A stretch of DNA of 63,546 nucleotides, the filler included, from Lenisia limosa (Eukaryota > Protista > Breviatea), in NCBI GenBank assembly GCA_001655205.1. It is 14 parts of 14 records of this genome, joined end to end, with 100 filler letters (N's around TTAATTAATTAA, not from the genome) between each part and the next. Parts side by side here need not be neighbours in the genome. Positions count along the whole stretch, not along the records: positions 30,468 to 48,117 come from LPNZ01008858.1; positions 48,218 to 55,554 come from LPNZ01003769.1; 12 more parts are not named here. One strand, given 5' to 3'. A model generated the notes under the pieces. That model ran no database searches. It was not told the DNA's origin and was given only the letters and a program-made list of their open reading frames with translations. This document shows positions 44,624 to 55,550 of the stretch, piece by piece; the first letter of the stretch is position 1, and the number at the start of each line of letters is the position of its first letter. Both the position numbers and the translations under genes were made by a program.

Positions 44624-44692
44624 GGTCTCAGTTGAATCCCTTGGTATCCTCACATTCATTCAGTGGAAAGCTGTGTAAATAACCTCATAGAC
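44624..44692 (-). ncRNA. box C/D snoRNA family B, copy 3
   Basis: As B1; guide variant CCAAGGGATTCAA. Confidence 0.75.
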
Positions 44693-44824
44693 TATCCCAG
44701 AAGTGATCAAAGCATCTCACAAACCTTGAGTGAAGACGCCATTGACTCGATAGAATTTTCACGAGCCGTGAGATCATCTAGATTGTTAAGGGGGCAGAGA
44801 GAGAGGTGAAATCCGACGAAAATA

Positions 44825-44902
44825 ATCCTCAGAGTGAGCTGGGTTATGGTAACATCACAAGGATCAGAAGACAGTCGTGATAAAAAGAATCGTCATCGGA
44901 GA
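44825..44902 (-). ncRNA. box C/D snoRNA family A, copy 5
   Basis: Near-identical to copy 1. Confidence 0.85.
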
Positions 44903-45029
44903 GAACAGTCATTCGGATTTGAGCATGACTCACCTCATTACAATATCGAGAGATCCTGTGGACGAATGTGAGTGGTCTGAAAGAGTGAGAGAAGAAAAGA
45001 GCAGGAAAAAAACAGGAGGTAAAGAAGAG

Positions 45030-45096
45030 CTCAGGAAATCCATAGGCTGGCATCACGCTTAGAAAGTCAAATGAAACACGGAGTAGAGATCATCAA
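45030..45096 (-). ncRNA. box C/D snoRNA family C, copy 1
   Basis: TTGATGA..CTCCGTGTTTCAT-TTGA..GTGATG..CTATGGATTTC-CTGA. TCCGTGTTTCA pairs with conserved LSU UGAAACACGGA (the U18 target region). Confidence 0.8.
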
Positions 45097-45232
45097 GGCT
45101 TGGAAAGATAACAGTTTCAGTTAACTGCATACCTATTTGAAAATTTAGAGATACTGTTGCCTGGTCTTAGGAGAGAAGGAAACTAAAACGATCAGGTTGT
45201 GAAACTACTGCGATCAGTTAATTATAATGTGA

Positions 45233-45297
45233 ATCCTCAGAGTGAGCTGGGTTATGGTAACATCACAAGGATCAGAAGACAGTCGTGATAAAAAGAA
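45233..45297 (-). pseudogene. box C/D snoRNA family A, copy 6, lacking box C
   Basis: Both guides and both CTGA boxes are intact, but the 5' segment containing ATGACGA is replaced by unrelated sequence. Confidence 0.65.
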
Positions 45298-45444
45298 GGT
45301 AGGATGTGATGTATATAACAAGTGTGAGCATACCAGAAAAGCAGGTTTGGAGAAACGCTGAAAAGCTGCATATTGCATGGGGTGAATCCTAAAAAAAAAA
45401 AAATTAAAAGAGAATAGGCAAAAAGCATGCTTTGGAATAGAAAT

Positions 45445-45513
45445 GGTCTCAGTTGAATCCCTAGGTATCCTCACATTCATTCAGTGGAAAGCTGTGTAAA
45501 TAACCTCATAGAC
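45445..45513 (-). ncRNA. box C/D snoRNA family B, copy 4
   Basis: As B2 (CCTAGGGATTCAA). Confidence 0.75.
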
Positions 45514-45643
45514 TATATATAATATACGGACAAAAACTCCCCACAAACCTTGGTCAAACTTGAGAGCTGTTTTGCTTGAAGAGGACCAAGATCTAAGACA
45601 ATCAGAGGAGAAGAGGGAGGACAAAATATAGCAAAAAAAAAAA

Positions 45644-45724
45644 ATCCTCAGAGTGAGCTGGGTTATGGTGACATCACAAGGATCAGAAGACAGTCGTGAT
45701 AAAAAAGAATCGTCATCGGAGATG
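45644..45724 (-). ncRNA. box C/D snoRNA family A, copy 7
   Basis: Near-identical to copy 2. Confidence 0.85.
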
Positions 45725-45865
45725 GGAAGGATGGATAACTGCTTCAAGTATTCTCACCTTGCATGCTGAGCTTCTTTGCGAGATTCACGATCAGATCAGT
45801 AGTTTGGCTGAGAGGTGAGAAATAAATGGGGGGGGGGGGACACTTTCAGAGGTGAAATGGAAAAA

Positions 45866-45934
45866 CTCAGGAAATCCATAGGGTGGCATCACGCTTAGAA
45901 AGTCAAATGAAACACGGAGTAGAGATCATCATCG
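45866..45934 (-). ncRNA. box C/D snoRNA family C, copy 2
   Basis: Canonical ATGATGA box C; same guides and D box as C1. Confidence 0.82.
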
Positions 45935-46877
45935 TTTTGAGGAGCAGAAAAGGAGGCGTGGAAGCCCAAATCACCAACATTCGGCAGATTAGAAGTACAG
46001 TAGCTTCACCGCAGGCTGTACATGGTCCTTAGAAACGGAGAGCAGTAACAAGGAACTGGAAAGGTCAGAAAGTGACAAAAACACCATGTTTAGCGTAAAA
46101 CTTGCTTAATGTGGGTGTAATAAAGCTTAATAGTCATCTTTAACAGTGTCATGCAGAAACAAAACAAAAAACTGCAAAATAAGTTCCAACCTTTCAGTAA
46201 CTGATCAAAGAAGCAAATAGCGGGTCAACTTGTAGTCTCAGGTTGCTGGCAAAGGGAGGCTTCCTGAAAAAAGGTCACATGATATTTTTCTTCATATTCT
46301 TTCAAACTCCGCAAGAAGCAAGTAATACTTTGGGAAGATCTTTCCCACTGAATCCCAATGAAGAGAGATATTCGACAATTTATGCAAAAAACCAAAATGG
46401 CTCTTCATAACAGTCGGGATGCTTGGATTCGACACTTTCCTCCCGGAACCAACCTTAAATGCCTCATTTGTGACAGAGTCTACATGGTTGATGTAATCAT
46501 ACAGAATAAGTGTATCATTTCAACTGTCAAGAAGTGGTCAAGACATAAACAATACTTAGACTGGGATTTGAAGAGGATTTTCAAAAAAAAAGGAAAAACT
46601 ATAAAAAGAGTACTGGGGTGGACAAAGGCATCGTTATTTCGGAAATTCTTGATGGCACAGACATTTGCACTATCCGGTTTTTTTCCTTGAGTGAACGTGA
46701 AATTTGCGTGAAATGGTGGGTTGCTGTGTTGTTGGGTTGATTTGATTTGTTAGGGGGCTTGAGAGATAACGAGATTACAGGATGATTACAGTTGGATTAC
46801 GGGAGAGAAAAAAAAAATATATCTGAGACATTGAGACACCACTACTATAACTAATAAACCTAATGCGAGCTATAGAA

Positions 46878-48116
46878 CTACATGACAAGACGGACCTCCT
46901 CAGCGAGGCTGCAGTCGTTGATGAACTTCAGCTTGTCGCCAGACTTCTCGGAGAAGTCCTGCGGGTTGTGAACCGGAAAGTGGGGACAAAATTGATGGAG
47001 AGAGTTTAGTAGTGGACTCTAGAGGAATAAGGAATGGGGTGGCCAAAGGAATGGGCTGATCTTCAGAATTCTACCCTGTTAAATCTAGGTGGAATAGGGT
47101 TTAGCCTGCCCCCAGTATTATAGCTCATCATTTTTAGAAGTAAAATGGGGATAAAGCAGAAAAAAGATACGACAACATAACCCAGCCTACATGAGGTGTG
47201 ACTTCTGACGCATTGGTTTCGGGATCAAGAATCTTAGCCTCCTTGAAAAGGGCAGTAACCATTTCCGAGCAGAACAGCGAGCTGAGGTCTTCTTTGTTGA
47301 GGAAGAACTTGCCAGGCTGACGGAAAGGTCAATCATTGATTTTGGTAACGTGATGAAAATTGAATATTAACTAGTAATGTCTTCGAGAACCGCTTACAAG
47401 GTCAATGGCAGACTTCACAAGTTCGATGTAACTCGTCTCATAGGTCTTGCCACGCATCTCGGTTCTGAAGGCCTTGAAGGCGGTTTTGAACTCCTCTTCG
47501 TTCACTCCTGGGGGGGGGGGGGGNNNNNNNNNNNNNNNNNNNNNNNNNNNNNNNNNNNNNNNNNNNNNNNNNNNNNNNNNNNNNNNNNNNNNNNNNNNNN
47601 NNNNNNNNNNNNNNNNNNNNNNNNNNNNNNNNNNNNNNNNNNNNNNNNNNNNNNNNNNNNNNNNNNNNNNNNNNNNNNNNNNNNNNNNNNNNNNNNNNNN
47701 NNNNNNNAACGCAGCGGCAAACCTTGGAGGCTACGGAAGGCAATTTGGTTGTAAACACCACAGAAGACCTTCTCCGAAAGAGCAAGCATCTCAATACCGA
47801 GGTTGATCTAAGGGGTTACCATTTGGATTACCAGTATCATCAGAAAACGGATAATTTTACCTTGTTGTCCTCGACGTTTCGAATGTTGGCCTTGTTGGTA
47901 GAAGACTCGTACAGCATGAGAGCATCCACAACATCAGACTTGACGACAATGCCACAATGGCTGAAGTCAGCGTTTTGTGATCTCTTGATCAACCAAGAGG
48001 CCTTAATAGTAAGAAAAATCCAAGGAGAACAGCTTCCATCCCTCTCACAATAGTGGTTCCGCTGAAAAGAACGACATCACCGGTCTTGAGCGTGCCACGA
48101 ACCTGGTCGTAGTTCT
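46878..48116 (-). CDS. permuted papain-like amidase (YaeF/YiiX, permuted NlpC/P60 fold), 3' part
   Basis: Exons: GTLKTGDVVLFSG; KRSQNADFSHCGIVV (catalytic His); RGKTYE; KEDLSSLFCSEMVTALFKEAKIL..NASEVTP (catalytic Cys); ends ..EEVRLVM*. His precedes Cys, which is the permuted arrangement. Confidence 0.75.
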
Positions 48117-48289
48117 GNNNNNNNNNNNNNNNNNNNNNNNNNNNNNNNNNNNNNNNNNNNNTTAATTAATTAANNNNNNNNNNNNNNNNNNNNNNNNNNN
48201 NNNNNNNNNNNNNNNNNTAAATACAATAAAACCTTTGAAAAAAGAAGAAGAAAAAAAAAACAGAGCTTTCATGAAAAGTTCTTTTAACT

Positions 48290-50782
48290 TGGCAACCCAT
48301 ACCCGCAAACCCTGAAGAGCGCGGCTTTGAGCATGTTGTCCTCAGCAGTGGCGGAATGGTCAGCTTCTGAGCAGTATGATGATGCTTGCACCAAACGGCC
48401 ACAGGTGTTGCACATGAGAAGAGTGGGGGGACTGGAAAATGAAATAATAAATGAAATTGAAGGGTGGAAGTATTTTCTACCCAAATATCACCATTTGAAG
48501 CAAACAGGTACTTATACGAATGCAACCAGAGAAATTTAAATCTCCACAAACAGAGGAGGAGGTAGATTTGTTGCTGGTGTTGGAGGAGGAGGGAGACTCA
48601 GGTCTGAGAGTTCCCATCCACAAACGGCTGCTAATGTGCCCGGGTGAAGCTAAAATAAATAAAATATTAAGATCATTCAAAGAGCCAAGAGGTGAGGAAT
48701 TGTTAAGGTAAGATGAGATAATCTGTTGAGTGGAGGTAAAAAAAAAAGCTGTGACCTTTGTTTATCAAACCTTTGAAAAAAATGTGATTTGCTTTTAGGT
48801 AAACGTAACTTTTTGCCTATTAAAACAATTCATATGATACTGCACCTTATTACCTCCCTTCTTGCATTAGCAGTTTTTTGGAGTGCCATCAAAGGAGGTC
48901 CATACTGCTCGAACTAAACTGTGAAAATATTCCAAATTGTTCAGGTTAAAACTACAACTGATGATATATGCAAATGATACGCATATTCATATACTATATA
49001 GCTATGCATAGCATGCAAACCGTAATGTATGTTAAATAATAGGTAGTAGATATCAATAAATAGGTTACATAGAGATTATTTTGGGAACCCCTAGCCAACC
49101 ACATCGTTGACCCAATTTCTGCTGATAAGAGGAAACTGTTCAAGAGGAATTTCACGCAGTTTCTCTGCCCTGAGAGCGTCAACGCCATTTTCGTATTATA
49201 TCCCTCCAGTTTAAATAGAACAACCAAAGTGTACTGTTCTTTTGAAAAATGTTCGAGAGGTTTCGTAATATCAAATAAAACATAAAATATTCAACGGTCT
49301 TCAAAAGTATAACGAATACAAGCCAGAACTGAAGGAAGCATTGCTACATCCAAGAAGCCCCTACCGAGCATCTAGACCAGCCACTGTAGCCTTTGAAGAG
49401 GTGTAACAAAACGACGAGAATGACTCAGGACACTGGAGCTTCTTCCTGGGGGTTGCAGTGAAAAGGGATTCGGTAATGCTTATACAGTCAAGGTATATGC
49501 ATGGTATTCTCAAAAGCTAGATGTATGAAATACGTTATTTGGAATTTGCCTGTGGTTAGAAAATGAAGTGATTCACTCTTGTCTGTCAAGTTTATCACCA
49601 CCTTAGATTTGGTGTTTGATATCGTTTACTTCTCTGATCGATATACAACAAATACCCTTTTGGACCATGAAACACCATGTTATAATGACTAGATACCCGG
49701 CAAACCAAGGACAGAACTTCGAATGACTCGTGTCAAGAGAAGCAATGAAGTCAGCCTTAGCTTCCATCCCTAAGGAATAAAGACAGCACCTGTATCTCAT
49801 TTTTTGCAAAGACACAATATCATACTATCTGATATCATATACACTTGTGATAGATAACACACATTCTGCTCGTAAAAAGAATCCGAAATGCTTTGATGAT
49901 GAATGCACAATATGATACTTTTCCATAACCGACCCTCATTAAAATACCTTTCACCACACCCGGGTAGCGTGCATCTTCAGAAATAGCCAGGGTCACGTCG
50001 CATGTGGTACACTGCAGATGATGATGAGGAATTTTCACGGTGAAAAGAAATGGGTATTTTGTTCCATGACGCAGAATCAATACGTTGAAAGAATGATTAA
50101 GCTTTATAAGACATACATTTATCATTGTGCTTTATAATAAAAAACAAGCATAATCATGAATTGGAGACAATAAAAAAGCTCATAAAAAGTAGAAGAAATA
50201 TATAAGATGAAGCTGACTTTTAAGCTAGACTCTCCGACACAAGCCCATCCTTTGGATGCACAAAGTAGTGGCGATACTGCATCCTTGGAGGAGAACCATG
50301 ATGCTATATGGGTCATGAAATTTTAAACAACTTATTACTTTTTCCTCTAAGAGAGACAGAAAATAGAAACTTAATACGAGAAATCAAAACAACTGTTGTT
50401 GCTCGCATTTTTGGTTATCAACCAAGAGCCAAGTTTTGAAAGAGTAGGTGTATGGGTCAGTATTTTGACAATTGGAAGTTGTAACGTTTGAAACCGTTCT
50501 GTTTCAAAACAGCTCAGAATACAGAAGACGTACAGAGGAAAAAGGTTGACGAACGGCTGGAGAAGTCCTCCTTGGAACTGATAATTTCTTCTTCTGTTCT
50601 GGATGCGTCAATTGAACCGTTCAATGCTGAACACTCACATAGGCATTTTGGAACGAGAAGAGGTAGGGAACTGAAGCGCCCAAGACCTTCAACCTAAGAT
50701 ACCCTATTTATTCAAACTGTATGTTTATCAATGAACAAGAAACACTGTAAAAGGTGGAAGAAGGGCTGATCGGGGCTTGCAT
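48290..50782 (-). CDS. C3HC zinc-finger protein, ZC3HC1/NIPA/Pml39-like
   Basis: Exons read SKEDFSSRSSTFSS|..ASWFSSKDAVSPLLCASKGWACVGESSL|..LQCTTCDVTL|..LDTSHSKFCPW, matching the zf-C3HC pattern. Confidence 0.7.
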
Positions 50783-50859
50783 TAATAAATGTAAGTCCGG
50801 TGGCGTAATAATCGCCTTTTCACCGAAATTTCAACTGCCCTTCATGACCTCTTTTCAGC

Positions 50860-53800
50860 ATGAGTAAGGCCAAAGTGGAAACTGAAGCAAAGGAAGTTAT
50901 TCCTCCTCATAGTTCCTTTTTTGCAGACTGTTTTAAGTTCGTGATCTGCGCCTCTGGCTTGTATACTTGCCATCTTTTGTATGGATTTGCGCAGGAAACA
51001 ATGTAAATGGGAAGAACAGCGTCCGTTTTCTGAGTTGCCATTATTGTGCAAAAATGACCTTTGCAGTGCCAATGCCAGCTATGGCGGGGAGAAGTTTCCC
51101 TTCACGTCTTTCTTGCTCCTCATGCAGTCATCATTCAACCTTTTGATTGGTTTCTTATGTTGGTATTTTTTTTCTAATGTCTGATCTCTAGTTTTCTTCA
51201 TTTTCAACAAGGGTGAAAATACTCCTCCCCTGACAAGCTATGCCATTCCCGCTATTGTTCTCTCCATTGCCGCTTGGTTCTCAAGTGCTTCCCTGTTATA
51301 CACGTCGTATCCTGCTCAGGTTTGCATGGGGTTGTTGTTTTATATGGCTTTTGGTCACAAAATATATGATGTCATACATCCGAAACTTGGTCCTGTACCT
51401 GAGGGTCAAACAGTTAATTGTATAAATCTTCCTAACAAAATGGGTTGCCATTTTTCAGTATTATTCTTTCTATTTATTGTCATATAAGTGTTTATTATTT
51501 AAAATTATTACTTTTTGAGGAATTGAAACCTTGGCTTATTTTCTAGATTCTTGCCAAGTCTTGCAAGCCCATTCCAAGTAAGTTGAACGTATTTTTTTAC
51601 TATTATTTTATTGTTTGTTTGTATTTTTTTAACGAGCGCCTGAACTTATTTTTTTGAAATCTCTTAGCCCTCAGTTATGTTTCCTTGCTTATTGACCCCA
51701 TCTTCCAAACTCATTTTGCAGTTATGCTCATCAGTATGGTTGTTGCTGGAAGGAAGTACCCTTTGAGAAAGTACCTCTGCATTGTCAGCGTTGTGGTCAG
51801 TGTAGCTACTTTTTTTTTTTTGGTGAGGGGGCTTTACCTTCTTCATTAATCATTCACGTGTATGCTTGTGAGTTATTAAAAATATGGTTTGGCGGTACCG
51901 GTTTCTTTTTAATGATGATATGCAAGAAAGGCTGCTGATATCTTAGGCATCTTCATCCAAGGGAGATGTGGATTTCACGCCTCTTGGTCTGATCTACATC
52001 GCCATTTCACTCACCTGTGATGGAATTGGAGGTGGGCCAGATTGAGAACCATTGTCTATTTTGTTGTTGCAATATTGAGAACCATTGGCTACTTTTTATG
52101 TTTCTATTTTGTGCATTATAACATTTTTTTAACGTTAAACGATTAGAGTCCCTATTTTGGAATCCAACTAAATTGAAACTGGGTTTTTTTATTTATTTTA
52201 TAATTGTCCATGTTTACCTTTTATCCCCCCCCCCCCTCAGGAGCTTTCNNNNNNNNNNNNNNNNNNNNNNNNNNNNNNNNNNNNNNNNNNNNNNNNNNNN
52301 NNNNNNNNNNNNNNNNNNNNNNNNNNNNNNNNNTACCGGAACCCTTATTATCTACGCCAACGCCTGGTCCATCATTGTCAGCTCCCGTGAGCTTCGAGGG
52401 AGGGGGTGGCTAACAAGCCCATATTGAGCCCATATTTAATGGTAATAATAATCTAAAACATCACGTATAAAGATATTGGTTACTGTCTCAGCATAGTGTA
52501 TTTCACCTCATCATTTGCGCTTAAGCCTCCAACTTGATGCTTATTCCCTCGTAGCTATGGCTGTGACCTCAGGTGAATTAGTCAAGGCCTTAACCTTCAT
52601 TGGCAACCACCCAGAAATCCTCACTCATCTTTTGGTGGGTGGTCTAGTCCAGGGGCTGAATTTGGGTAGGCACGCAGAAGGCTGTGTGCACAGAATTGAG
52701 GCAAATGAAAAAGACAGGTTGGGAGTATCTCTCCATTCATACAGGTTTCCCAGAATACTCGGGATTTTGCCTTTGTAGCATTTCCCTCCCAATAATACAA
52801 TTCTTATCACTCCCAGTCACAGCCTCATGCTGACCCCCCCCCCCCTGGAATATNNNNNNNNNNNNNNNNNNNNNNNNNNNNNNNNNNNNNNNNNNNNNNN
52901 NNNNNNCGAAGCCGTTCACTTATAAAAGATATCATATTGGATTTTTGTACACAAGTATTAATCACTAGAATTACCATTGCACAATAGAAAACCTCTAACC
53001 CTTATTCTTCAGGCCTATGTTTTGTGCGCAGGACTCGGTCAAATCTTCGTCTACATGACCGTCTCAAACTTCGGCCCTCTGGTGAGTTGGGTATTACTTC
53101 AGAAGCCACTTTTTAATGTGAGGGTTCCTGGCTGAAAAGACTGAGGCTTCAATGCAAACTTGTTTTATTTCTCATCTCTTGGGCTTCACCGGTTCGAAAA
53201 AAGACTGAATTTCTCTATAAATCCTCGAAAACTACATATTTTCTCTGTTGTTTTGGAACCAAAGTGAAGCCCTACTCATCTCTCTTACTAAACAAAAAAT
53301 TTCGGGAAGTAACCCGTTAGAAATCCCTAGTCATTCTGGTTTAGTATATTCTATGTCACTCAAGACCATCACATTTTGAAGGCTCAGTTTATTCCTCAGG
53401 TCACATCCATCCTGACCACCACGCGAAAACTCTTTTCCGTCCTTGCGTCTGTGGTTCTCTTTGGCCACCCCGTCTCACCAGGACAATGGGCCTGTGTGGC
53501 TGTCGTCTTCGCCGGACTCTTGTTGGATGCTTTCTTCGCTAAGGCAGCCAAGGTAAGCCATGCGTTGAAATAAGTCCAATTTTACGCTGGTCCAAGGGAC
53601 GCTATATGGGGGGTCACCCCCCTGCGTTTTCTTCACTTTATCATAATACTAGAGGGTCAAGTGGAAGATTTCACTGCTAAAGATATCCTCATTACATTTA
53701 ACCATAATCACCACATGTTCACCCTATTTTCATATGGATGTTTCGTGTTGACCTGGTCTGATAGTTTTTAATACATACCATACTAGATATATGATAATAT

Positions 53801-54080
53801 GAGATTATACATATCATATCATCTATTATATACTATATGCATAGATAATACAAAACCATATACTGTGTGTACAATAGTATTATTATTATATTTGAAGCCC
53901 CATTAAATATAATTCCTTCAGGCCAAGGCCATAGCCGAGAAGCAGATCTTGAAGTCTCCCGACCTCACCCCCCACAACATTAACGTTCTCCCATCGCCTT
54001 CATCTTCCGAGTCTGATGAGACTCCGAAAGCCTCCCCCAAGACCCCAACATCCACCCTCAGACGACGCAGAGGGGATTAG
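50860..54080 (+). CDS. SLC35B1: UDP-galactose/ATP-ADP transporter, SLC35B1/HUT1 family
   Basis: MSKAK..LYGFAQET|..YGGEKFPFTSFL..|SYPAQ|ILAKSCKPIP|VMLISMVVAGRKYPLRKY..|SLTCDGIG..|GLGQIFVYMTVSNFGPL|VTSILTTTRKLFSVLASVVLFGHP. Confidence 0.9.
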
Positions 54081-54379
54081 GTCACATGGTTGTTTTTATT
54101 CATCTGATTTCATTAATGCATACGTTTCTATTTCTTTCCGCACAAAACAGAATTGAAAAAGATATATATTGGGAGTTAAATTGGGAACAGAGAAACAGTA
54201 CCTAAACAGAAAAACAAGTACACACAAAAATAAAATCAATCTTGAATAATTCCAACAAGACCAACTCCAAGAACAGTGAAGGGTTCCTGAAATGTCAATT
54301 GTGAACAATTAAAAGTCAACCACATCTTCGAAAAATAATACAAGAAATTAACATCAAGAAAAAAAAAACGCAAGAGCGA

Positions 54380-55550
54380 TGTCACTCATAAAACACGACA
54401 GCTAACCTCGCGAGTCATTGTAATTTCCATGGGGTTCGCACGAGGAGTCAGCTCAAACTCCGCCATATTAAAGGGCTACAGTAGTAAAACTAGTTTCCCC
54501 ATATCAAATTAATATCTGTCAACAATCAATACATTTTGGAACAAAGCCCAACAAACCTGTATCAAAGACTGGACTGCAGTAGATAACATGGTTCGGTTCT
54601 TCGAGATTCCATCCGCTCGGATGTTGACGTCGGTCATCGAAACGAACTCTTCAAGATCCGACTTGGCGTGGCAATAGCGGGTCGGGTCATTGGTCTCGCA
54701 TTTCACAAGGGCACATGCCTGGGGTGTTAAGTTCTTGAGAAAGGAAAATGGGTAACGGTTGCTTCATCTTTCATAAAACAAAATCAAATAATCCTCCAAC
54801 TTGGATGTCCAAAACAGGGATAAACATTGGGGCCACACCATCAATGGCAACAACACCATAAAGCACGTTAGCTAAAGAGTCACAAAATAAACAATGACCT
54901 GATGAAATTTAACAACCGTTTTCTAAAACAATCAAAAGAAAACAATTACCCATGTGAAGAGTAGGTAAGATGTACCTGGAGCTTCAGAGATGAGATAGAA
55001 GTCAACATGACATGTCACAGTTTTATGGGTGACGGATGAAGTGTAGTGTCCTTCACCGGGTGAAATCTACAGTATTAGCATTATGAAAGAACAGTTTTAT
55101 CAATTCCAAAGATAAGAATGTCATGTTTTTTCGAAAAAGACCAATGTTCCTAAAATTGTAATACTAGCTAGTATGTTCTAGAATCTTTAGGGTTTCCCAC
55201 CTGTCCAAAACAGAAATATTGACATATTATATCGAGGATTTATCGAAAAATTATGTCAATTTTGGGACCGCAGGGAATCCCTAATACCAGCTAATAGCGG
55301 AAAAGGGGACTACTCAACATTTGTCCCCACCCACATTAATGAGCTGAATGGTGGATTCACTTGGTTTGTCTGGGGCAGTCGCGGCGCTATAGGGGGCTAG
55401 TTCAGGAAGCGGAATATGGTACGGCCGCGGGATTTTGACGGTTTCTGGCTTGGGGTTCTCAGCACCAACAGTGGCAATAAGGAGGAAATCAACGGGGTCG
55501 TCAAAGACATGTGTGACGTGGGCGATGAGGGGAGAGTCTTTTTGGTACAC
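54380..55550 (-). CDS. hypothetical protein fragment
   Basis: GT-AG exons at 55314-55550, 54567-54716 and others are open and protein-like. No family recognised. Confidence 0.45.

Larger units (their letters stand above)
43130..46060 (-). ncRNA. multi-exon, probably non-coding snoRNA host gene (one box C/D snoRNA per intron)
   Basis: Each snoRNA lies ~30-40 nt downstream of a donor (mostly CAAG|GTTTG; also GTGAG, GTATG) and ~45-60 nt upstream of a branch-like CTAA/CTGA plus YAG acceptor. The intervening exons are ~30-56 nt, and paralogous exons differ in length and frame. Confidence 0.8.

Noticed and set aside
43578-45747. ORFs repeating LRVSWVMVTSQGSEDSRDKK or its antisense
   Set aside because: These are translations of the repeated snoRNA A sequence, not proteins.
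43180-45934. CRISPR-like array (conserved repeats separated by unique spacers)
   Set aside because: Units are 70-80 nt, come in three alternating types, carry C/D boxes and rRNA-complementary guides, and sit between spliceosomal splice sites in a eukaryotic contig with no cas genes.
43130-46060. Protein-coding host for the snoRNA array
   Set aside because: An open frame of ~150 codons can be threaded through the middle exons with one choice of acceptor. However, it is not protein-like, paralogous exons fall in different frames, and it is closed by stops on both sides. Not fully excluded without ribosome profiling.
46358-46690. 110 aa plus-strand ORF
   Set aside because: No recognisable domain or splice context; length is within chance expectation.
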